Positions 1 through 10,658 of a stretch of DNA of 64,000 nucleotides are shown piece by piece; the first letter of the stretch is position 1, and the number at the start of each line of letters is the position of its first letter. The stretch covers positions 44,281 to 108,280 of the forward strand of contig PS015063.1 of assembly GCA_048213135.1 (NCBI GenBank), written 5' to 3'. The translations under genes were made by a program, and so were the position numbers. The notes under the pieces are model-generated. The model was not told the origin of the DNA, made no database searches, and saw nothing but the letters and a program-made list of their open reading frames with translations. Source of the stretch: Reclinomonas americana ATCC 50394. Taxonomy: Eukaryota.

Positions 1-1835
1 TACATCGCAACGTAGCACCAAAACGGACGCAACAACTCGGGGTACATCGACATGGAGTAATGCTCGCCGAACGCATAGACGGGATTCCACAGGAGCACCA
101 CGCTGAGAAGAAAGAAGGCCAGCGTCACGCCGGCCCACGCTCGATTCTCGTTCCACAGGACGATGATGCACCAAATGGTGAGCACATACTGCGCAATGAG
201 GAGCATGGAGGCACTGTAGGTGAACACGGCGCGGCTGAGCGTCGCCACCGACTTGATTTGCGATGCGGACGCATGACGCGGCTGTGTGTCGCCACCAAAT
301 GATGTGTCGCTATCCCGTGGCAACTCGCAGTTCTTGCGATGTGAGGTGAGTGGGCTGCGTCGCGCCGAAGAGGATGAGATGGGAGAAGGGGACGTAGGGG
401 GAAATTAGAAATAAACGCAACGGCAATGCATATGGTCCAAAGCCAACAGACGGCTCCGCCACCATGGTCATGCGTCCGAGTGCAAAGTCCGCGGGCGTTT
501 CCTGTGAGAGGGGGTGCGAGGAGAAGGAGATGAGAGAGAGAGAGAAAGACTGCAATACAGAAAGGATGGGAGAGGACAAACGAAGACAACAGAACGAAGG
601 AAGGAGGAGATGGAACGGAGAGTGCGACATGAACAGCGCAAAGCAGTGAGAGAGGGAGAAAGTAAGAACGCCGAAGTAGTGAGAACGAGAGGAGAAGATG
701 GCGACCAGCAACGGAACACAAACGCACATGCGAGTGCGATACGAGGCTGCAGGGTGCAAGAAGCAGTGAGATAGAGAGATAGACAGAGAGGCAGAGCGAG
801 AAAGTAAGCAGTGACAAAAGAGAGGGGAAGATGGCAGGAGGTACAAAAGCAGCACATGAGCGCGCGATGTGATGCACCACGAGTACAAAAGAGTAGTGAA
901 AGAGAGAGAGAGGGGAGAACCGAAGCAGGGACAACATGGAGGAGAACAAAAGAAGGAGGAGATGAACATGAGAGTGCGACATGAAGCAGCGAGAAGCAGT
1001 GAGAGAGAGAGGGAGGGAGAGAGAGAGAGAGAGGAGGAGGAGGAGGAGGAGGAGGAGAATCGAAGAAGCGAAAGCAAAGAAGAGAGCAAAGGAAGGAGGA
1101 GATGGATCGGAGAGTGCGATGTGAAACATCACGAGCGAGAGAAAGAACGCCGCAGCAGTGACAGCGAGGAAGCGAAGATGCCGGAACAGTGGACGGAAGC
1201 GAAACATGAGAGGCAGAACGAGTGTACGAACCAGAGAGAGAGAGAGAGAAAGATGCCGAGGAACAGAAAGATGCACATGCGAGTGCGATACGAGGCTGCA
1301 GGGTGCAAGAAGCAGTGAGAGATAGACAGAGACAGTGAAGCATCCTTCTCTCCTCATCCCTTCCCCTTCCCCTCCCTCCATCCTTCCCCTCCTCTTGCAA
1401 CTCAACGAGATCCGCGCTCATCATCTCCGCCGGCAACTCGCCCTCAATCAACCGCAGTGGTGGAGGCACCGCGGCTCTTCCCACCAATCCATACGACGCT
1501 CGACTCGCATCATCGCTCTCCTCCCACTCTCCACTCCCATCGATCCACACCCACCACGCATCGTCCACAATCGACACTAACGGACGTGCAGCGCGCGCTC
1601 GCTCTCCCGCGCTTTCATCGCCCAAGAGAAAGCGGCGTGTCGCGCGACGAACGTGCACATAGTCGCGTGCGGGATTGGGCAAGAATGCCACAGTGTCTTG
1701 CACCGCATTCTCCTCTTCTTCGTGTTGCTCGATCGCGTGTTGCTCTCGTGCGTCTGTGTAGTTGTTGTGTAGAGGGTTCGGCACCACGATGGTGGTAAAG
1801 TCGGCGGAGGTGGGGGAGACTGAGCGAGCGCTCAT
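1..1835 (-). CDS. Multi-pass membrane protein, possibly XK-related; 3 exons, 3' end outside the window
   Basis: ATG at 1835 (MSARSVSPTS...). GT-AG introns at about 1406-504 and 421-356 join in frame to hydrophobic segments FTYSASMLLIAQYVLTIWCIIVLWNENRAWAGVTLAFFLLSVVLLWNP. The XK resemblance is judged by eye only. Confidence 0.55.
560..1335. repeat. Direct duplication inside an intron
   Basis: The block cacatgcgagtgcgatacgaggctgcagggtgcaagaagcagtgaga occurs at about 726 and 1274. The block aaggaggagatgga.cggagagtgcga occurs at about 601 and 1093. Confidence 0.8.
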
Positions 1836-2285
1836 GCAAAAATACACAACGCGAATGAAAAGTGTCCTGCACGTGGTTGTGTGCGGTGCTGTCGGTGCGG
1901 GAAGAGGGGAGTAGTAGTAAGTGAGGGGTTGCTTGCATGGGCACACGACGAAAAGCGTTGGGGAGAGAGCAAAGGCGATGTTTACATTCTCGAAGTTCGA
2001 CGTCGAATCTTTGAATCCCTCGACTCGACAAGCAATGAGGCTGCTGGTTTGCGTGGTATACGCATGTGATGCAGGCGACCCTTGTGCAGGGCAGATAGAG
2101 ATGAGCACGCCTGCAAAGCCAGTGCATGTCGTTCGACGTCGATGCAATGACTCATCCGGATCCACGCAAGCCGCTTCCCTTGCGAATTCGTGATGCACTC
2201 GCACTGGTGGACGACTGTCTGCATCTCACTGCGTGACTGCTGTCACCGGCGAAGAGAGAGCGATCGCCGGAGAGAGTCCCGCTGT

Positions 2286-3395
2286 ATGTCCGGATTGCAA
2301 ACTTCTAATCTCGACATGCATCTCCACGCCGAGTTGCGAGGCCACACTCACGAGGTGCGTTCACTCGCGGTGAGCAGCGATGGCACGCAATTGGTCTCGT
2401 GCGGCCTGGACAAGTCAGTGCGCGTGTGGTCGCTGCATCGCCGAGAGCAAGTGTGCCTCATGCATCCGCCACACGCCGATCGTGTGTGGTGTGTGGCTCT
2501 CTCGCACACCGACCCTCGTGCAGTTTCGTGCAGCGCCGATGGCACTGTGCGAGTGTGGTCACTCGATGGTGGTGGCGAGGAGGAGCGTCGGTTGGTGATC
2601 GGCGGTCGTCAACACATGCGATCGGTGGCTGTCTCTGCAGACGGGCGGCATGTGGTCGGCGGCGGACAAGACGGCTCTGTGCGTGTGTGGTCTCTGACGA
2701 CGGGTGAGCTGCTGTGGCAGCACACCAAGCACGCACACTGGGTGCTCGCTGTGGCCATCAGCCCCGATGGACGGCGCATTGTGTCGGCCGGTTCCGACAC
2801 GGCACTGCGCGTGTGGTGGCTGGAGAGTGGGGAGGAGGAGGTGGAGGGGCGACAGGTGAGAGGCCACTCGAACACGATTACGTCGGCGGTGTTTATGGCC
2901 AGCGGGGAGCACGTGGTGACGAGCAGCATGGACTGGACGGTGCGCATGTGGGCGCTGGCGAGTGGCGACGAGGTGCTGCGGCTGAGGGGTCACACGGCCG
3001 GCGTGCACGCGGTGCTGGTGTGCCCCGATGAGCGACACGCCGTGACGAGTGCGGGCGACCGGACGATGCGCATGTGGTCGCTGGAGAGCGGCGAGGAGTT
3101 GCACCGATGGAACTCGTTCGCGGGCGGCACTGTTCTGGCGCTGGCGGCGACGCCCGACGGTCGGCGTGTGGTGTCGGCCGGCGCCGATCGAGTCGTGCGC
3201 GTGTGGGACACGCCATATGGGCTGGCGCGTGATGAGCTCGACTGCGCCGAGGGTGCGTTGCTGGCGGTGCGAGAGGAGGAAGAAGATGAAGGGATCGATC
3301 GGCGCTGTCTGGTGGAGATTGTGTTGCGGTGTTTTCTGGTGGAGGACGCACGTGTGGCGGTGCATCGAAATGCGGTGCGACCGCAGTTTGAGTGA
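2286..3395 (+). CDS. Intronless WD40-repeat (7-bladed beta-propeller) protein
   Basis: Seven GH...WD-type repeats, e.g. LRGHTHEVRSLAVSSDGTQLVSCGLDKSVRVW and RGHSNTITSAVFMASGEHVVTSSMDWTVRMW. Single open frame from ATG 2286 to TGA 3395. Confidence 0.95.
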   Translation: MSGLQTSNLDMHLHAELRGHTHEVRSLAVSSDGTQLVSCGLDKSVRVWSLHRREQVCLMHPPHADRVWCVALSHTDPRAVSCSADGTVRVWSLDGGGEEERRLVIGGRQHMRSVAVSADGRHVVGGGQDGSVRVWSLTTGELLWQHTKHAHWVLAVAISPDGRRIVSAGSDTALRVWWLESGEEEVEGRQVRGHSNTITSAVFMASGEHVVTSSMDWTVRMWALASGDEVLRLRGHTAGVHAVLVCPDERHAVTSAGDRTMRMWSLESGEELHRWNSFAGGTVLALAATPDGRRVVSAGADRVVRVWDTPYGLARDELDCAEGALLAVREEEEDEGIDRRCLVEIVLRCFLVEDARVAVHRNAVRPQFE

Positions 3396-3539
3396 GGGAA
3401 ATGAAGAAGGAGAGGGAGAGGAGGAGATATGGGAGGACGGGAGGAGATGGTAAAGAAAAGAAGCACATTTGAGTACTGTACATTTAAAAGGAGAGAGAGC
3501 TCTGAGAGAGAAAAACACGCACGATTCTCTGCCACACGC

Positions 3540-4465
3540 CGCTCAGTGAGACGAAGACATGCAGGTTAAAGAGCACACAGAACAAGCCAACAGTTCCAAA
3601 GAGATAAGCGCACACGCCACACTTGCAATCGCTGTGTGCACACAGTCCGTGAACAGGATGACAACAATGTGCACAACGGAACACGATCATTATCGTACCT
3701 GCCCATTCAAAAGGCCCACCAAAATCGCTGCACAGAAGTCCACAGTGGGCGAGGGTGACAACGATGCCCACACAGGTACGATCGCATGCACACCTGCTCC
3801 CAGTCGAATCGCTCGCACCTCAATCGAACTTCCCATCATCGCCATCGGAGTCACTCAGTAAGAGGTTGAGTGCAATCACCAGTGTTCCACCCACGAGCCA
3901 GATCGATGCCGACAACCTGCTCATAGTCCACATAAGAAGCAAGAAAGATACACGATGGAGAAGAAGAGCGATCGCACATTTGCACACTGCCCAACGCCAG
4001 TGTCACTCTGCGCGTGTGCGTACATTGTGTGTGAGAGAGTGTGAGTGGGCGGAGGAGAAGAGCGATCAATGTCGACTGACAGACCGATCGAGCATTGATG
4101 CCGGGCCCATACTTACATCGACCGCAAAGTACACTGTGCAGGAGAGAGTGAGCGCACAGACACACACTCACTCACTTGCACACACATAGAGAGGCACTCA
4201 CCGAGAACTGTCAGGGAGTGCGAGAGAGAAGACAAAGAGAGTGAGTGAGTGAGTCGCGATTCGAAACTGACACAGACACACACAGAGAAAGAGAGAGCGT
4301 CTTGCGATGCGTGAGGAGACGAGCGACTCACCGCCACCTGTGAGTGTGTGCCACACAGAGAGAGTGAGTGAGCGAGTGAGTAAGTGAGAGAGTGAATCTG
4401 TGAGAGAGAAATCGCTCACCAACGGCGAGCAGAAAGAGCCCAACGATGAACATTACTTTTGACAT
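3540..4465 (-). CDS. Small unknown membrane/secreted protein built from very short exons; 3' end uncertain
   Basis: Splicing gives MSKVMFIVGLFLLAV-GG-VL-VYFAVD-SDTGVGQCAN-VVGIDLA...AILVGLLNGQ, with GT donors and AG acceptors. Confidence 0.45.
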
Positions 4466-4647
4466 GGTTTGCTGCGATGCTCTGTGTCTCTCACACACTC
4501 CACACACGATCCCACACACTTGACTGAGACAATGACAATGATATCGAGGACAAGTCCGAAGTTCATTCATAGGGTGAAGTTATAAGTGGGGAGGGGAAAA
4601 AGGATGCGTAGGCGTTGCGTGTGTAACGTGTGTGCGTTTGTAGGTGA

Positions 4648-5119
4648 TTATCGAACGATGCCGAGTGGGCGATGGTACTGTTCGAAGAGGACCAGATTGT
4701 TGAGGGCGTAGCGGAGGAAGCTGGCCCAGGTGACGAAGCCGATGTTTTCGGCGTCGGTTTGTGCGAAGAAGGCGGCCAGGGCCTCGGCGGGCATTTCTGG
4801 GTGGGGAAAGGGTGGGTGAGGGAAAGGGCAAGGGGGAAGAGGGGGGAAGGGAGAGGGAGAGGGGAAGGCGGGGGAAGGAGGGGGAAGGGCAGGGGAAAAG
4901 AGAGACCGATAGTGAGTAAGAGACGCCAAGGAGCAGGGGCACGGAAACCGACAGCGAGTGGGAGAAGCAACCAGAACATGCAACGATAGATTCGTGTGAC
5001 CAAGAAAATGAGTGCGATATGGATGAAGAGGAGCGCGAGGAAATACGACAGTGCTGGTGTGAAGAGAAAGAAAAAGACAGAGAGACAGACAGACAAACAG
5101 ACAAACAGACACACACACA

Positions 5120-5169
<50 letters not shown>

Positions 5170-6357
5170 GAGAGACAGAGACACAGAGAGAGACTGAGAA
5201 GCGTACATAGTGCATTAACAGAAGGTCGGGAAGACCGTTTTTGTGGGCGATATGCAGACAGGGAGAGAAAGTGATAAGCATCTAGAGCGAATACTGATCG
5301 TACCGATTGGCGGGAGTGCGACAGAGAAGAATGGCAAGGACAGGAGAAGTCGACAGTGTCAGTGTCAAGCAGAAGAGAGAAACGCACTGAGAACAGAAGC
5401 ATGCAAGGAAGCGAGACAAGCAAGGCGAATGGCAGCGCAGTGAGAGAAAGACCCCAGCAACGCCACATGACCATGTCACTTACCAGCACCCTCCAGTGTC
5501 CTGAAGATCATCTTGACTTCCTGGCTGTCGATCGTGCCACTACGATCGACATCGTAGCGATTGAAGATGTTGCGGATGGTGGCAACCATGGCAAGCTACG
5601 ATCGGCACAAGGCACTTGTGAGATCCGTGCACAAATCTCTCGCTCTCATACTCTTCTATCGTCCTCCCTCTCTTTCTCTCTCTCCCTCTCCCTCCCTTCC
5701 ACTCTTTCCCTCGCCCCACACGCAACATTATCGACGCTGAACATTTGGTTCGAGGCCTGCAGGAACTCGCCAAACGTCAACACGCCATTGTGATCCACAT
5801 CCAGCGAGTCGAACACCTCCTCGAAGCGTCGCTCATCGACCTCTGCGCACCGCGCGATGAGAACCACGCACGTGCATCAAACAATAACCTCCGCGCACGA
5901 CGCACCTTGACCCAAATCGCGGAGGAACGAGAGCATCTCCAGTCGGTCCAGCGTGCCGGTGCGATTGGCGTCCACGCCATCGAACAGCAACTTCAATTCG
6001 AATTCGTTGCGGCGCTCGTCGGGGATGCTCTGTGAAACGAGAGGCGGATAAGAAAAGGGGGAGAAGAGGGGAGACGGGTCAATAGGAAGAGAGGGAAAAT
6101 GAGAAACAGAAAGAGGACGGCGAGCATAAACACGCGAAACAGGAGAGCGGGAGAGGGAGGGAGGGAAGGATAAAGTGGAAAGAGAGAGAGAGACAGAAAG
6201 AGGGACTGACATAAGAAAAACTGGAGACGACAAAAGCAACAAGCGGAGAAAAGGGGAGCACCTGAAATGTGGATCGCGAGCGAGCGAAGAGGGAGGGAGC
6301 AAGAAAAAAGTTTAGGTAGCGAGAATACTGCAGGAACAGCATGACCCTCCGGTCCAT
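4648..6357 (-). CDS. Calmodulin-like 4-EF-hand calcium-binding protein (5 exons; N-terminus may extend further)
   Basis: EF loops DANRTGTLDRLE, DVDHNGVLTFGE, DVDRSGTIDSQE and a degenerate DAENIGFVTWAS, joined by in-frame GT-AG introns. Ends with TAA at 4648. Confidence 0.88.
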
Positions 6358-7581
6358 GCACGGAGTACTCCACTCTGTCTCAATCGCTGCCCCTGTTCTC
6401 CCTTCATCCGTCTGCAATACCTGTCTCTCGTCATTCTCGCACGCTCTCTCGCTCTCTTTTAGAGAGACGCGCAACAGCAAGCAGGAACGAAAGCAGAAGA
6501 AGCGAGCTGTCTTTTGCAAGTTTCCCTTACTCTTTCTTCAGCAATTGATAAGTTGCCTCCTACTTGTCCTCTCCAAGCGTGCGCAGGGAACAGAAACGTG
6601 AAGAATGGAGGTGCGTGTCATCTCTCTCTCTCTTTCTCTGTGTAAGCGCGCGCGTGTGAGTGTGCATACCCTCTTCTGCCTCCACACTTCGTTCATCACC
6701 CGCTGTCTCGCTCTCACTTTCTCTGCTTTTCTTGCTTTCTCTGCTCTCCCTCTGCTCCCTCTTCCTCTGCTCCGTTTTCCTCTCCTCTCTCTCTCTCTCT
6801 CTCCTCCNNNNNNNNNNNNNNNNNNNNNNNNNNNNNNNNNNNNNNNNNNNNNNNNNNNNNNNNNNNNNNNNNNNNNNNNNNNNNNNNNNNNNNNNNNNNN
6901 NNNNNNNNNNNNNNNNNNNNNNNNNNNNNNNNNNNNNNNNNNNNNNNNNNNNNNNNNNNNNNNNNNNNNNNNNNNNNNNNNNNNNNNNNNNNNNNNNNNN
7001 NNNNNNNNNNNNNNNNNNNNNNNNNNNNNNNNNNNNNNNNNNNNNNNNNNNNNNNNNNNNNNNNNNNNNNNNNNNNNNNNNNNNNNNNNNNNNNNNNNNN
7101 NNNNNNNNNNNNNNNNNNNNNNNNNNNNNNNNNNNNNNNNNNNNNNNNNNNNNNNNNNNNNNNNNNNNNNNNNNNNNNNNNNNNNNNNNNNNNNNNNNNN
7201 NNNNNNNNNNNNNNNNNNNNNNNNNNNNNNNNNNNNNNNNNNNNNNNNNNNNNNNNNNNNNNNNNNNNNNNNNNNNNNNNNNNNNNNNNNNNNNNNNNNN
7301 NNNNNNNNNNNNNNNNNNNNNNNNNNNNNNNNNNNNNNNNNNNNNNNNNNNNNNNNNNNNNNNNNNNNNNNNNNNNNNNNNNNNNNNNNNNNNNNNNNNN
7401 NNNNNNNNNNNNNNNNNNNNNNNNNNNNNNNNNNNNNNNNNNNNNNNNNNNNNNNNNNNNNNNNNNNNNNNNNNNNNNNNNNNNNNNNNNNNNNNNNNNN
7501 NNNNNNNNNNNNNNNNNNNNNNNNNNNNNNNNNNNNNNNNNNNNNNNNNNNNNNNNNNNNNNNNNNNNNNNNNNNNNNNNN

Positions 7582-8390
7582 TCACTACAGACACTCCTCC
7601 TCTCAGTCTCTTTTTCTCAAACTCTCAGTCTCCTGCTCTGGCACTCACCGCGCTCGCTTGTGATACGGGAATTTCAGCAGCAACGAGCCGTTGGCGATAA
7701 ACTGCAGCCGCCTCTCCGACAGCACCTCGAGTCTAACCTGTGGACAGAGACATGCTTGAATGAGCTCGCCGGCGCGGGTGCTCATAAACAGCACACCGGG
7801 GGAACCTCGTGCGCCGCGCGATGCATTTGTGCGAATTCAGTGTCCACTTGCCCGGACTCGAGGAACATGGGTGCCGAGTACGAGTGCGGGAGATCAGAGA
7901 GCGACATACGGCGACCCATGCGCGTGCTCAGCACATCCTCGACCTGATTGTGGAAGGAAGACTGCGAGGGGGGCCCATAAAGAGTGAGCAGCGAATACTG
8001 AAGCGTCCAACACGGCATGCTGCACACCTTGTGCAAATCATGCACAGCCTGGAGCCATCGTTGCGTCTCAGCCTCCTTGTCGCCACCCATCGGGTGCAGA
8101 TAGAAGACGCGGTTCGAGGATTCGATGACAATGACCGGCTGTTTGTTGACCTCGTCTGGGGATGCGGGAGTGAGAGAAGAGGGCAGGGAGAGCGAGAGGG
8201 GGAGAGGGAGAACAACAAACAGGCAATTATCTCACGCTCATTCATCCTCGCTCACTCCCACACATAACAAATTAAACGAGGCACTCTCACTGTCGCCCTC
8301 ACCTGGACGCGACCGACGAACGAGGACAGCGGGGCCGACAGCTGCAGCACATGTCAACTCCATTGCTTCTCTCCCACCACCCAGAAATCG

Positions 8391-8475
<85 letters not shown>

Positions 8476-10185
8476 NNNNNNNNNNNNNNNNNNNNNNNNN
8501 NNNNNNNNNNNNGGAATCGCTGCCGGGCGAGCCCACGAGCGGAGCCGGTGGGGCGGAAGAGGAGCCGGCGACGTCGCGGAGGGCGGAGGGGGTGATGCGC
8601 GCTGTGAGATGGGAGATGGTAGGTGAGGCCACGGGGGAGAGGATGAGAAAATGAGGGGGAGGGAGGCAGAACCTGCAGCGGGGGCGACGGCAGATTGCGC
8701 GTGTGTGACGGCAGACACCACGGAGGCAGCTGCGGGTCTCCGAGTGAGCGATAGTGAAGAGTCGGGTGAAGACAGGCAGCGAAGACAAACCAGAAGATGC
8801 CGAGTCGACGTGTGCCAATGCGGAAGCTTGTGCGTGAGAAGCTGCAGATTCCACAGAGGCAGCTGCACAACACAAAGCAATGAGCGACAGCTTGACAAGA
8901 ACTGAGTAGGATAGCGAAACACACCAGCCGACTCCACATGTGCCACAGCAGGAGCGGCAGCGACGTGCGCATGCGAGGCCGCAGATTCCACAGAGGCAGC
9001 TGCACACGAAGCAATGAGAAGCAAGCGCAGCGTGCGCAGAGTCATGGCACAAACCAGCAGGCGCGACGGCGGAGTCGACATGCGCCACAGCAGCAACATG
9101 TGCATGTGAGGCCATAGAGTCCACAGAGGCAGCTANNNNNNNNNNNNNNNNNNNNAAGCTGCGGAGTCCACATTGGCAGCTGCACACAAAAGGCAATGAG
9201 GGACAAGCACAGCTCGGCTTGCACAGAGTCAAGCATGACACACCAGCCGACTCCGCATGTGCCACAGCAGGAGCGGCAGCGACGTGTGCATGCGAGGCCG
9301 CAGATTCCACAGAGGCAGCTGCACATGAAGCAATGAGAAGCAAGCGCAGCGTGCGCAGAGTCATGGCACAAACCAGCAGGCGCGACGGCGGAGTTGACAT
9401 GCGCCAATGCGGAAGCTTGCGCGTGGGAAGCTGCAGATTCCACAGAGGCAGCTGCACGCCACGACGCGAATGAGAACAGGACACAGCTTGACTTGCACAG
9501 AGTCATGGCACAAACCAGCAGGCGCGACCGCAGACTCCACATTCGCCACGGCAGCAACATGTGCGTGGGAGGCCACAGAGTCCACAGAGGCAGCTGCACA
9601 CAATAGGCAGTCAGGAGCAGGAGGACCCACAGTCCACTGAGAGCAAGAGACACACCAGCAGGTGCGACCGCTGACTCCACATGTGCCACCGCGGAAGTGT
9701 GTGCGTGAGAGGCCACAGAGTCCACAGTGGCAGCTGCACACACACAAGGCAATAAGAGACAAGTACAGCTTGGCATGCACAGAGTCAAGCATGACACACC
9801 AGCAGGCGCGACTGCCGAGTCGACATGCGCCACTGAGCATGCATAGGCAGAGAAAGAAGATAACAAATTTGAGACTGCATCAGTGTGCAACAGAAAAGCG
9901 CTCTTTTTTCCACACGGACGCTCACCTGCTGCTTCTGCAACAGAGGAAGGCGCATGTCATATTGCAATGAGTGAGACACAGAAAGAGAGAGAGAGAGTAA
10001 ACTGCAGTGCAGATTTATCACTGCTCACCAGCACTGTTCTCCACAGATGCGTTGACTTGTGCGACTGTGTGTGTGTGAGAGAGAAAGTGAGAGAGAGAGA
10101 GAGAATAGAGAGAGAAGAGAGAGTGCACCTGCGGAATGCATTTGCCCGTCGACTGTGACACACAACAAGAGTGAGTGACACGCAC

Positions 10186-10235
<50 letters not shown>

Positions 10236-10335
10236 TGCACACACATGCACACACTAACACACACCTGCGTACATGTCAGCCGACATCTGCGTCGAGTCAG
10301 TCTGCATGCAATCGTAAGAGAGAGAGAGAGAGAGA

Positions 10336-10397
<62 letters not shown>

Positions 10398-10520
10398 AAA
10401 CCTGCATCAAGGGCGCTGACGGAACGAGTCTATCACAGGACACTCGCGTGTTCTCATGCAAACACGTCAGCATACCCTTTGTTCCACACAACACCGATGA
10501 GCTGCATGCTGCCTGTGGAT
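7582..10520 (-). CDS. PH-domain protein with an N-terminal Ala/Ser/Val/His-rich repeat region; interrupted by gaps, both ends uncertain
   Basis: C-terminal half of a PH domain: RRSRPDEVNKQPVIVIESSNRVFYLHPMGGDKEAETQRWLQAVHDLHK. Upstream phase-1 repeat exons encode AAASVESAASHAHVAAAPAVAHVESA. Linkage across the 8476-8512 gap is inferred. Confidence 0.6.
8680..9835 (-). repeat. Tandem array of about nine duplicated exon+intron cassettes (about 130-145 bp each)
   Basis: Recurrent plus-strand motif tccacagaggcagctgcaca (the minus-strand acceptor gcag|CTGCCTCTGTGGA), paired with recurrent donors G|GTGTGT and G|GTTTGT. Confidence 0.85.
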
Positions 10521-10658
10521 CGTGAAGTCAAGATCACATATGTACATCGATATCGACTGCGCAGCGCTGCGTATACGCATGAAGTTGTTTCTTCAATCAA
10601 GCTGCCTGCATGTTTATCAAAAAAAAATGTCCAAGATTTCGCTGCACGCTGCGCGCAG

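Noticed and set aside
125-1405. Long Leu/Ser-rich or Glu/Arg-rich ORFs here and elsewhere in the ORF track
   Set aside because: They are translations of CT/GA microsatellite-rich introns or N-gaps, not proteins.
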